IMG/VR virus record: IMGVR_UViG_2791355405_000002
Span: 28,744 to 92,743 of that record
DNA: 64,000 bases
From: a virus
Taxonomy: Duplodnaviria > Caudoviricetes
Direction: 5' to 3' (one strand)
Below the pieces are notes generated by a model. It did not search any database. It was given only the letters and a program-made list of their open reading frames with translations, and was not told where the DNA came from. The first letter of the stretch is position 1, and every line of letters begins with the position of its first letter. Below, piece after piece: positions 35,995 to 44,230 of the stretch. A program made the translations under genes and the position numbers.

Positions 35995-37271
35995 GCGCTT
36001 CCACGGGCGGACACACATCGGTCCACTTCTTCAACGGCGGGTGCGGGAGCCTGCGCGGCTTCACCGGTGCGGGCCTGACCCCGCTGTTCGGCGCCAACCA
36101 CCACCCGGCATCCGTGAAGACGGCCCGGCTCAACTGGCCCGGACTGTACGTGCGAGAGGCCGAGGTGCAGAACCTCGACATGAACTCGGTACCGGCGGCC
36201 GACGTCCTGGAGGCATCCCCCATCTGCACTGAAGCCGCACCGTCTGGGGGCAAGTCGGCTCCCCGCAAACCCGTACAACTGGACGCCTTCGGGCGGGTGG
36301 TGGGGATGACCGAGTGGCCGATGACTCGCGTCACCATGTTCGAGCCCATCCGCTACGCCTCGGTCCACCGGCCGATGGTATACGCCGGGGAGAACGTCCC
36401 CGAGTTCGGGTTCTCCCCGCTGTTCCGTCCGTGGGTCAAGTTCTGGGAGGGGATCGACTACACCGCAGTCGTCGCGTCGGTCAACGCGGCCCACCTCCGG
36501 GTCAACGGGGTGGAGCCGCTCCCTCAGTCCCGGAACCGGATGGTGTGGGCGTTCGTGCGCAACGACGTCGTTGCGGAGAACGGGCTGCCCGACCTCAACC
36601 CGACCTGTGCGGCCGTTTGCCAGGGGTGCGGGCCCGTGCAGGGCATCCAGTTCTGGAAGGAAGAACCTGAGTTCCGGATCGGCTCCTACGGTCGCCGCCG
36701 TCAGTACATCTACGTGTGTCCCGCATGCGGGGACGAGGTCGATCCTGTCACTCGGGGCATCGACAGCGTCATCGAATCCGACGTGCGCGGCGAGCCGTTC
36801 GGGCTCGGGTACCTCCGCTCACCGAACGGCAAGAAGCGCACGCCTTACCGGCAGGGCACCCGTGACCGTGTGGCCGCCGGGCTGGAGCGGTACCGGGGCG
36901 AGCCGTTCATCGTGACCCTACGGAACCACTGCGACGCCTCGCCGCTGAGTGAGCCGATCGGGACCCTGTCGGCGCAGGGCGGCGGGCACCACTACCTGGC
37001 CCGGCCCACGGAGGAGATGACGGTGGACTCCGTGGAGTACCGGCCGTTGACCAACCTGGAGAAGGCCCGGTGCCAGGGGTTCCCGGATGAGCACGTGTTC
37101 GCCGGGACCCCTGCGGACCGGCGTCTCCAGATCGGCAACGCGGTGCCGGTGAACGTGGCCACCTGGCAGGCCGGAAGCATCCGGAGCGTGCTGCCACCGC
37201 ACCGGGCGAGCCTCGGTGCGGTGGACCTCCGCGTCCTGCGGCCGGTGCCCGACAGCGAGGCAGCGGCCTGA
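35991..37271 (+). CDS. DNA cytosine-5 methyltransferase (divergent)
   Basis: FFNGGCG motif I, SPICT motif IV, ENV motif VI, PQSRNR motif VIII, QIGNAV motif X. Confidence 0.85.
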   Translation: MSASTGGHTSVHFFNGGCGSLRGFTGAGLTPLFGANHHPASVKTARLNWPGLYVREAEVQNLDMNSVPAADVLEASPICTEAAPSGGKSAPRKPVQLDAFGRVVGMTEWPMTRVTMFEPIRYASVHRPMVYAGENVPEFGFSPLFRPWVKFWEGIDYTAVVASVNAAHLRVNGVEPLPQSRNRMVWAFVRNDVVAENGLPDLNPTCAAVCQGCGPVQGIQFWKEEPEFRIGSYGRRRQYIYVCPACGDEVDPVTRGIDSVIESDVRGEPFGLGYLRSPNGKKRTPYRQGTRDRVAAGLERYRGEPFIVTLRNHCDASPLSEPIGTLSAQGGGHHYLARPTEEMTVDSVEYRPLTNLEKARCQGFPDEHVFAGTPADRRLQIGNAVPVNVATWQAGSIRSVLPPHRASLGAVDLRVLRPVPDSEAAA

Positions 37272-37285
37272 CCCATCTTCACCCG

Positions 37286-37318
37286 AGCCCCGGAGTCCCA
37301 GACTCCGGGGCTTCGTCG
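37286..37318 (+). terminator. Terminator hairpin, near-identical to 38944-38977
   Basis: AGCCCCGGAGTC....GACTCCGGGGCTTCGTCG. Confidence 0.8.
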
Positions 37319-37483
37319 TGTCCTGGGGCCGGCGGCATTCGGTTACGGAGCGCCGGCTAATTCGCCGCCGGCGGGCGTGAATAGGCGGTTTTCGTAACGC
37401 TGCGCCGGCCATTTGGGGCCGATGAATTCGCCGGCTATCTTGCCCGCACCGCAGCCGGCTGACCAGCGACTTTATCCATCTGA

Positions 37484-37573
37484 GGGGTTGTCCGCTCGTG
37501 AAATCCTTGGTTTAATTAAATCAGTCCGGGGTGCTTCCGGACTGACCAAGGAATCAGGAACGAGGAACCGACC
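37484..37573 (+). promoter_or_regulatory. Promoter/operator plus leader cassette
   Basis: GGGGTTGT..TGGTTTAATTAAATCA..GACCAAGGAA..GAGGAACCGACC. Confidence 0.8.
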
Positions 37574-38632
37574 GTGATTGAAAACGAGGAAGCGACCGAC
37601 CTATTCGGCGGTCCCGGCGGCTGGGATCTCCCCGCCAGGAAGCGGGGCCTGATCGTCACGGGCATAGAGAAGAGCCGTCCCGCGTGCGAGACGCGCCGGG
37701 CGGCCGGGCTGGGCACCGTTGAGGGCGACGTCCGGGACTTCGGCCCGGCGGACTTCCCCAAGGCGCGACACCTGATCGGCTCTCCCCCGTGCCAGCCGTT
37801 CGCGGTGAACGGACTGGGCAAGGGACGCCGGGCCCTGGACGCGGTGCTCACCTTCGCCGACCGGCTCGCCGCCCGCCAGGACATCCGCCGGGACCTGGCG
37901 ACGCTGGACGACGAACGCACGGGCCTTGTACTGGAGCCGCTGCGCTGGGCCCTGGAGGCGATCGACCTCGGACGGCCGTACGAGACGGTGATGCTGGAGC
38001 AGGTCTCGCCCGTGCTGCCCGTATGGGAGGCAGTCGCGCGCATCCTCCGGGCCGAGGGCTACGGCGTGGCCACGGGGCGGCTGTCCTCGGAGCGCTACGG
38101 CGTTCCGCAGACCCGCGTGCGGGCCATCCTCGCGGCCCGGCTGGGCGGCGAGGCGGCGCTGCCGGAGCCGACCCACCGCAAGTACCGCAAGAACGTTCCG
38201 CAGGACGAGGGCGAGCCGGAGCTGCTGCCGTGGCTGTCCATGGCGGAGGGCTGCGGCTGGGGCATGACCCACCGGCCCGCGCTGACCATCACCGTGGGCA
38301 CGGCGGCGGGCGGTGCGGACCCGTCCTGCGTCGGCGGCTCAGGGGCCAGGAAAACTCTGTACGGCGAGCGGGACGAGGGGCGTTGGATCGCGGACACCCG
38401 GCTGACTCCGGCGGACGAGCTGCCTGCGTACCGGGGTGGGCGCCGGGACACCATCCGGGTCCGCGTGGAGGACGCGGCCCGGCTCCAGTCCTTCCCCGAG
38501 GGCCATCCGTTCCAGGGCAGCCGGACCCAGCAGTACCAGCAGGTCGGTGACGCGTTCCCACCGAAGATGGCAGACGCGATCATCCGGAGGATGATGCAGG
38601 CCGAACTCGGTTCCCTGGCCGAGGCCGCCTGA
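37574..38632 (+). CDS. DNA cytosine-5 methyltransferase
   Basis: DLFGGPGG, GSPPCQ, EQV, YGVPQTRVR, RLQSFP, QVGDAFPP. Confidence 0.9.
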   Translation: MIENEEATDLFGGPGGWDLPARKRGLIVTGIEKSRPACETRRAAGLGTVEGDVRDFGPADFPKARHLIGSPPCQPFAVNGLGKGRRALDAVLTFADRLAARQDIRRDLATLDDERTGLVLEPLRWALEAIDLGRPYETVMLEQVSPVLPVWEAVARILRAEGYGVATGRLSSERYGVPQTRVRAILAARLGGEAALPEPTHRKYRKNVPQDEGEPELLPWLSMAEGCGWGMTHRPALTITVGTAAGGADPSCVGGSGARKTLYGERDEGRWIADTRLTPADELPAYRGGRRDTIRVRVEDAARLQSFPEGHPFQGSRTQQYQQVGDAFPPKMADAIIRRMMQAELGSLAEAA

Positions 38633-38718
38633 CCGCGCGAGGCCCTGGGGTTGTCCGACCCCAGGGCCTCATGATTTAATTAAGTCAGCAACACCGACCA
38701 AGGAACGAGGAGATCAGC

Positions 38719-38928
38719 ATGGCGGATTGGACCGAAGCAACGGCGGACGACCTGCGGGCGGGCGATGTGTTCCGCTTCGTCGGGGAGCCTGAGAGGAAGC
38801 GCAGCGTCGTCACCGCCCGTTGGGACGAGGGTGGCGAGGTGAAGCTGTTCAGTCGGAACGCGGTCAGCGACCGCGCCGACGGCCCCTCCGCCCTGCCGCC
38901 TGACCACTCGGTGCTGATCCTGAAGTGA
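38719..38928 (+). CDS. Hypothetical protein
   Basis: Own promoter/operator (38647-38687), leader and terminator. Confidence 0.7.
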   Translation: MADWTEATADDLRAGDVFRFVGEPERKRSVVTARWDEGGEVKLFSRNAVSDRADGPSALPPDHSVLILK

Positions 38929-39023
38929 CCCATCTTCCACCCGAGCCCCGGAGTCCAGGACTCCGGGGCTTCGTCGTGTCTGGGGGTTGACCCGTAGCCG
39001 GATCCATGGTTTAATTAATTCAT

Positions 39024-39094
39024 CGGGACACCGGCCGGGTGAACCGGGCCGCGACCGCCGCCGAGGCGGGGAAGCCCACCCGGCCGGTGTCCCG
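39024..39094 (+). ncRNA. Structured 5' leader or small RNA with an 18-bp perfect stem
   Basis: CGGGACACCGGCCGGGTG pairs with CACCCGGCCGGTGTCCCG directly after the promoter at 38982-39022. Confidence 0.55.
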
Positions 39095-39133
39095 GACAGA
39101 CGGACCGCAGACCAGGGGAACGAGGAACCGACC

Positions 39134-39376
39134 ATGGCCGAGCACTTCACCGCCACCGGCTCACCCATGAACAACGCTGCTGAGGTCACGAGTCTGGCCC
39201 GCTGCAGCCGGTGCGGGGACGACAGGCTTGCCTGGAAGAAGTCGGCTCGCACCGGCAAGTGGTACCTCTGCGACGTCCAAGCCTGTGGCCGCTACGCGAC
39301 CCGCGAGAACCCGACGTTCCGTCGCTACTACGTCCTCGCGCGGCTGCCGCACAAGTGCCCGGCCCGCAACGCCTGA
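39134..39376 (+). CDS. Small zinc-binding protein
   Basis: CSRCG..W..S..GKWYLCD..PHKC. Confidence 0.7.
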   Translation: MAEHFTATGSPMNNAAEVTSLARCSRCGDDRLAWKKSARTGKWYLCDVQACGRYATRENPTFRRYYVLARLPHKCPARNA

Positions 39377-39501
39377 CTCACCTGGCCCCCGGCCACCGCG
39401 CCGGGGCCCTGCACCGCTGACCAAGGAATCAAGGAACGCGATTCGCCGCTGCGGCCGTATGATCCGGCCCGGCGCGCGGGGCGCCAAGGGGAGGACCGAC
39501 C

Positions 39502-39711
39502 GTGACGACTGCACAGGACCGTATCAGCGACCCCGGTTTCACCAGCGCGATGAGCGCGACCGACGCCGCGATAGCCGAGCTGATCGGCGAGGGTGTGTCG
39601 GTGGACCGCGCCGTCGTCATCGTGCAGCGGGTCTACAGCGCCGGCCGCGACCGGGGCCTGCACCTCGGCCTGCGGCGCCTCACCGCCGACGAGCCGGCCG
39701 TCACGTCCTGA
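39502..39711 (+). CDS. Hypothetical protein
   Basis: GGAGGACCGACC-GTG leader. Confidence 0.6.
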   Translation: MTTAQDRISDPGFTSAMSATDAAIAELIGEGVSVDRAVVIVQRVYSAGRDRGLHLGLRRLTADEPAVTS

Positions 39712-39744
39712 CCCGTACGACGATCAAGGAACGAGGAACCGACC

Positions 39745-40434
39745 GTGAGCAACCTGGACATCCACTCTGAGAAGCGCGGGGAGTGGCACGTCGTCACCGT
39801 GCCCGCCGGCATCCGCGTCACCGTCTACTCACTGCCCAACAAGAAGGCGGCGGTCGCTGCCCGGGACGCCATCGCGGCCGGGGTGCCGGACTTCCCGTGG
39901 GGCGTCGACAAGGACGGCCTCAAGGCCGCCGTGGGCGCCTTCGTGGAGTCCCAGGGCATGCCGCTGGGCGAGGCCGTGACGCGGGCCCTGGCGGCTGTGC
40001 CCGCCGCCGACCCGGGCGGCTGGAACCGGATCAGCATCGAGTCCATGGACGCCTCGCGGGCGGCCCACCGGGCGTTCATCGAACGGGAGAACGCCGACGG
40101 GTACACCGAGCTGGTGAAGGTCAGCGACATCGAGACCGGCGACGAGATCAGTTTCAAGTACACCGTCACCCGGACCCGGTACGGCTTCACCGGCATGGCC
40201 CCGCTCGGCAAGGGCCCCGGGTCCGCCCGTACGGTCGTCGTGCGTGCCACCGTGACCGGCGAGGGCCGGGTGATGACCCGGTCCGGCAACAACTACGACG
40301 AGGGCGTGTCCGGCCTGCGCTTCCCGCTCACAGACGCGACGTGGACCGACGAGAACGGCAGCTCCGGCCCGCTGGAGGCGGCGGTCACTGTGGACTGGCT
40401 GGCCGGGGTCCGGCGCCGGCCGCGCAAGGGGTGA
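39745..40434 (+). CDS. Hypothetical protein
   Basis: Leader motif upstream. Confidence 0.7.
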   Translation: MSNLDIHSEKRGEWHVVTVPAGIRVTVYSLPNKKAAVAARDAIAAGVPDFPWGVDKDGLKAAVGAFVESQGMPLGEAVTRALAAVPAADPGGWNRISIESMDASRAAHRAFIERENADGYTELVKVSDIETGDEISFKYTVTRTRYGFTGMAPLGKGPGSARTVVVRATVTGEGRVMTRSGNNYDEGVSGLRFPLTDATWTDENGSSGPLEAAVTVDWLAGVRRRPRKG

Positions 40435-40451
40435 CGGAGAATCCGAGCCCC

Positions 40452-40491
40452 GGGGTTGTGCTCCCCGGGGCTTTCTGATTTAATTAAATCA
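40452..40491 (+). promoter_or_regulatory. Promoter with perfect operator palindrome
   Basis: TGATTTAATTAAATCA at 40476-40491. Confidence 0.85.
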
Positions 40492-40528
40492 GTGGCCGGA
40501 CGGACCGGCCGGAAACGAGGAACCGACC

Positions 40529-40771
40529 ATGACTCAGTACCGCGTCAACTTCGCCCGCATCGGCCAGGACTTCAACGTGGCGCCGTTCGTCACCGAGGCG
40601 GAGGACCGGACGGAGCTGGAGCTGAACATCGGCGAGTACGTCAACAGCAGCCGCACCGCCCAGCTCAACCGCGAAGTCATCGGCGGAGGTCTGGACGACA
40701 ACGGACTCGGCGGGCGCCTGTTTGGCGAGTCGGGCGAGGACTACGGCACCTTCACCGTCATCAGCCTCTGA
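40529..40771 (+). CDS. Hypothetical protein
   Basis: Leader motif upstream. Confidence 0.7.
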   Translation: MTQYRVNFARIGQDFNVAPFVTEAEDRTELELNIGEYVNSSRTAQLNREVIGGGLDDNGLGGRLFGESGEDYGTFTVISL

Positions 40772-40864
40772 CCTGAGCACCGCTCGGGTCTACGGTCCGG
40801 ACACTCCGGCCCGCAGACCCTGTGAGACAGCTCAGCCCAGGATCACAGAAACGAGGAACCGACC

Positions 40865-41485
40865 ATGAGCAAAGGCGGAGGCCACAGCAAGGGCCAGACG
40901 ATGCCGTACGCCGTGGTGTACGCGTGGGACGGCGGCAAGCCGGCCCGGAACGCGAAGTGGAGCCTCGGCGCGGCCGAGGCAGCCATGCTCGACACGCTGC
41001 GCGCCTCGAACGCACGCGGCGGAAAGCTGGAGATCCGGATCATTGACCGGGCGACCGACGAGACCGTGGCCGAGCCGCAGCGCTGCGCCGTGTGCGGCGA
41101 CAACTGGGCCACCGAGGCGCGTGACTCCGGCCAGCCGACCGTGTGCCGCGACTGCGAGCACGACGTGGAGGACGGCCCGCAGCTCGACGCGAGCGACCGC
41201 GCTGCCTTCCGCAGCCTGGCCGCGCGAGCCGGCCTGGTCAAAGCCCCGGCTGAGTCGGCGCCGCTCGTCGCGGCCCTCCAGGCTAGGAAGCTGCACCCCG
41301 TCGCGCAGCCGAACGGCACGGTGACCGTCACGGTGAACGGCATCGAATGGACGCTGGAGCCGGTCCCGCACGCGGTCACGGGCGAGCCGTGCGGCGTGTG
41401 GTCGGCCGTCGGTCCCGCCGGCTCGCGCGGCCAGTTCGTGGCGCTCAACGCGGCCGAGTTCGTCGCCCAGCGCCGCGTCCCGTAG
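40865..41485 (+). CDS. Hypothetical protein
   Basis: Leader motif; CAVC..CRDC. Confidence 0.7.
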   Translation: MSKGGGHSKGQTMPYAVVYAWDGGKPARNAKWSLGAAEAAMLDTLRASNARGGKLEIRIIDRATDETVAEPQRCAVCGDNWATEARDSGQPTVCRDCEHDVEDGPQLDASDRAAFRSLAARAGLVKAPAESAPLVAALQARKLHPVAQPNGTVTVTVNGIEWTLEPVPHAVTGEPCGVWSAVGPAGSRGQFVALNAAEFVAQRRVP

Positions 41486-41524
41486 AACCCGTACATCCGA
41501 GACTGAGGAAACGAGGAACCGACC

Positions 41525-42109
41525 ATGACCCGGCAGACCGCCGCCCCGCTGGAACACACCAGCCTGAACCCGGCGTACCGCGAAGCATGGGGCCAGGTCC
41601 AGAACATCAAGGACGGGTCCCTGCTGCTGGACCCGTCGTACCAGCGCGGCAGCGTGTGGACGCTGGACCAGCGCATCGCGCTCGTGGAATCGTGGCTGCG
41701 CGGCCTGCCCGCCGGCGTCGTCATCCTCTCCAACCGGGGTACCAACCTCTGGCGCAGCGGCGACCCGTACGAGACTGGCCTGGGCATCTGGGCCGTGGTC
41801 GACGGCAAGCAGCGCCTGACCACCGCCATTCAGTGGTTCGCCGGCGAGTTCGCCGTCCCCGCCTCGTGGATGCCCGACGACTACGTGGCTGAGACCGAGG
41901 ACACCGACGACGGCCCGTACGTCCGGTTCACAGGCCTGACCCGGAAGGGCTCGATCTTCGTGAAGCGCCGGTGTGGGTTCATGGTTGCCGAGATCAGCGA
42001 CTGCGCGACCGAGGCTGATGAAGCCCGGTTCTACCTGCTCGTCAACGGCGGCGGCACGCAGCAGACCGAGGACGACATGGTCAACGCGGCCCGCGTCGCC
42101 GGGGCGTGA
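41525..42109 (+). CDS. Stand-alone DUF262 (GmrS/ParB-Srx fold) protein
   Basis: PSYQRGSVW, LVESWLRGLP, VVDGKQRLTT, FYLLVN.GG. Confidence 0.82.
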   Translation: MTRQTAAPLEHTSLNPAYREAWGQVQNIKDGSLLLDPSYQRGSVWTLDQRIALVESWLRGLPAGVVILSNRGTNLWRSGDPYETGLGIWAVVDGKQRLTTAIQWFAGEFAVPASWMPDDYVAETEDTDDGPYVRFTGLTRKGSIFVKRRCGFMVAEISDCATEADEARFYLLVNGGGTQQTEDDMVNAARVAGA

Positions 42110-42288
42110 CCGCGATGGACGACGGCTGGCACTACGGCCCCGACGGCGAACCGGTGCGGGGCTTCCTGGAGGGCACGGCCTTCCAGCCGGACGACACCCG
42201 CGACCACATGGACGCGTGGGGCAGCGTGCACCCGGAGAACCTCAAGGACTGCGGCCCGTGCCGCAGCTCCGCAGCACTGACCGACTGA
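42106..42288 (+). CDS. Hypothetical protein
   Basis: GTGA coupling. Confidence 0.5.
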   Translation: MTAMDDGWHYGPDGEPVRGFLEGTAFQPDDTRDHMDAWGSVHPENLKDCGPCRSSAALTD

Positions 42289-42310
42289 CCACGGAAGCGA
42301 GGAAGAGACG

Positions 42311-42559
42311 ATGAACCGAGCGACGCTCAAGGCCCTGGCCGAGATGGGGCCGGGCGACGACCGGCCCGGCGTCAAGGCCATCACGCGAGGTGACATCCGC
42401 GAGTGGGCCGAGGGCGACGGCGGCCTCCCGGCCGTGAGCGCCCGCCCGTTCGCCGCCTGGCTGGACGAGGAGGCGTTCTACGACTTCAACGAGGACGGCG
42501 ACAAGACCAACGAGGAAGTGCTGAAGGGCGCGCGGGCCCACTGGGTCGGCGGAGCGTGA
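42311..42559 (+). CDS. Hypothetical protein
   Basis: Leader motif upstream. Confidence 0.65.
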   Translation: MNRATLKALAEMGPGDDRPGVKAITRGDIREWAEGDGGLPAVSARPFAAWLDEEAFYDFNEDGDKTNEEVLKGARAHWVGGA

Positions 42560-42591
42560 CGGCCGGCCGGGAGCCGTGATCCCGGCAACGA

Positions 42592-42692
42592 GGGCCTATA
42601 GCTCAGTCAGGCAGAGCACCCGTAGAGCGCGAGCCTTGGTCGGTTCCCACGCGCTCCGGGAGACCCCGGTTCGAATCCGGGCGGGCCCGCCA
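42592..42692 (+). ncRNA. tRNA-like RNA with encoded CCA and an extended anticodon arm displaying CCUUGGUCGGUUCC
   Basis: GGGCCTA/CGGGCCC acceptor, GCTC/GAGC D stem, CCCG-TA-GAGCGCG...CGCGCTC-CGGG arm, CCCGG-TTCGAAT-CCGGG T arm, G-CCA end. Confidence 0.82.
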
Positions 42693-42728
42693 CCAACAGA
42701 CGACCGACGACCACGGAAGCGAGGAAGC

Positions 42729-43307
42729 GTGACCATCGACTTTCTGCCCGACGAGTACAGCCGGGTGACACAGACCACGGTGGTTGTCCCGGTGTCCGGC
42801 TGGGAGCCGCTCACCGACCCGTCCAACGGCTACGTCGTTCTCCCGTCCCGCGTGGAGATCACACTGCGGCTCGACGTGGGCACCCCGCGCGGGGACCGCA
42901 CTTCGGCGCACGTCGCCGTGGTCGGACCGCGACGGCTGAAGTCCGGGGCGGCTGGCCAGCCCATCATCGCCACCGGGTGGGAGAAGGCGCGCAACAAGGG
43001 CCCGCGTGGCTACGTCGCCCGGCCGGATCAGCTCACGGACCTGCTCGCCGAGAACCTGCCGGACGGCTGGGATCCGGCTCTGCTGGAGCTGCCGAAGCCC
43101 GTGCGGTACGGCGACACCGGCCACCGGATCCGCGCGCACGTCGTGAACGAGGAATGGGTAGCGCCGTACGCCGCCGAGGGCGTGGCCCTGTGCGGGGTCA
43201 CGCTCTACAAAATCCTGGGTCCGACGCCGGACGGTATCGCCGTCTGTGAGGAGTGCCTGGCCGTGCAGGCCGGACAGACCGACGACCACGGAAGCGAGGA
43301 ATCGTGA
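42729..43307 (+). CDS. Hypothetical protein
   Basis: Leader motif and GTG start after the tRNA-like RNA. Confidence 0.65.
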   Translation: MTIDFLPDEYSRVTQTTVVVPVSGWEPLTDPSNGYVVLPSRVEITLRLDVGTPRGDRTSAHVAVVGPRRLKSGAAGQPIIATGWEKARNKGPRGYVARPDQLTDLLAENLPDGWDPALLELPKPVRYGDTGHRIRAHVVNEEWVAPYAAEGVALCGVTLYKILGPTPDGIAVCEECLAVQAGQTDDHGSEES

Positions 43308-43897
43308 GCAACACACTGCCGGAGTGGTTAGTGGACTACGTGCTGAAGCGAGACCAGCAGCGGGCCGACGAGGTGAACGCCGTGCTCGCCGCCATGAGCG
43401 AGCGGGAGCGGCGACTGGTCCGTGAGGCCTCCGTCATGGGTTACGTCCACGGCCGCCAGCACCCGAAAGGTGCCGACCATCCGAAGGACAGCACCGTCGT
43501 GGCCAACGTGATCGGGGCGTGCCTGGCGAACGCTGATCTCTACCCGGTGACCAACGCCATCGCCGAGGCCGGCCCGCCCATCGCCTTGACGCCGTGCGTG
43601 CACGTGAAGTCTCTGCACGACACGGAGCACACCGGGCTGATCGTGGAGGGGTGCTCGTGGTGCGCCGGCCGCGAGCAGCTCAGGACGCCAGAGGACAGCA
43701 AGCCGCTGGTCCGTGTGACGTCCGGCGGGGTCCGGCCCATCGAGCTGAACTCCGCTGAGCGAGCGATGCTGCGCTACGCCCTGGAGCTGGTGGACGACCG
43801 GATCGCTTCCGAGGGTGACGAGTTCGCCGCCGTGGACCGTGCGGCCGTGGAGTCCCTGCGGCGCCTGGCCGGGACGGATGAGGGATCCGAGCGATGA
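43304..43897 (+). CDS. Hypothetical protein
   Basis: Leader motif, translational coupling. Confidence 0.65.
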   Translation: MSNTLPEWLVDYVLKRDQQRADEVNAVLAAMSERERRLVREASVMGYVHGRQHPKGADHPKDSTVVANVIGACLANADLYPVTNAIAEAGPPIALTPCVHVKSLHDTEHTGLIVEGCSWCAGREQLRTPEDSKPLVRVTSGGVRPIELNSAERAMLRYALELVDDRIASEGDEFAAVDRAAVESLRRLAGTDEGSER

Positions 43898-44175
43898 CGG
43901 CCGCCCGGACCAAGTGGGCCGCTGCCGGGCACCTTCAGCAGGCAGCCGATCAGTTGCGGGAGCCCGACCCCAACCTGGACCCCGATCGGAAGTTCTACAC
44001 CGAGCCCCTCGGGGACTGGCTCGACAAGGCGGCCAACGAGCTGGCGTGGCTCGCCCCGTACCGCGAGCACGAGGGTGGTTACCACCCCTGGCGCACGGCT
44101 ACGCGGACCGCACACGGCGTTCTCGGCCTGCCTGACGCGGACGAGTGCGCCGTGTGTCACCCACCTCGTCGTTGA
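43894..44175 (+). CDS. Hypothetical protein
   Basis: ATGA coupling. Confidence 0.6.
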   Translation: MTAARTKWAAAGHLQQAADQLREPDPNLDPDRKFYTEPLGDWLDKAANELAWLAPYREHEGGYHPWRTATRTAHGVLGLPDADECAVCHPPRR

Positions 44176-44188
44176 CCCCGCCCAACGC

Positions 44189-44221
44189 GAGGCCCCGGAG
44201 CCCTCACGGCTCCGGGGCCTC
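44189..44221. terminator. Bidirectional terminator hairpin
   Basis: GAGGCCCCGGAGCC...GGCTCCGGGGCCTC between convergent genes. Confidence 0.8.
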
Positions 44222-44230
44222 GTCGTGCCG

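Noticed and set aside
37320-37480. Intergenic stretch with short AATTCGCCG and CGCCGGCTA repeats as an ncRNA or origin
   Set aside because: The repeats are short and I could not build a convincing fold or find a second copy.
42619-42660. Self-splicing intron in the tRNA-like genes
   Set aside because: The inserts are only about 20-25 nt, far too short for group I or II introns, and removing them does not obviously restore a U33-containing loop.
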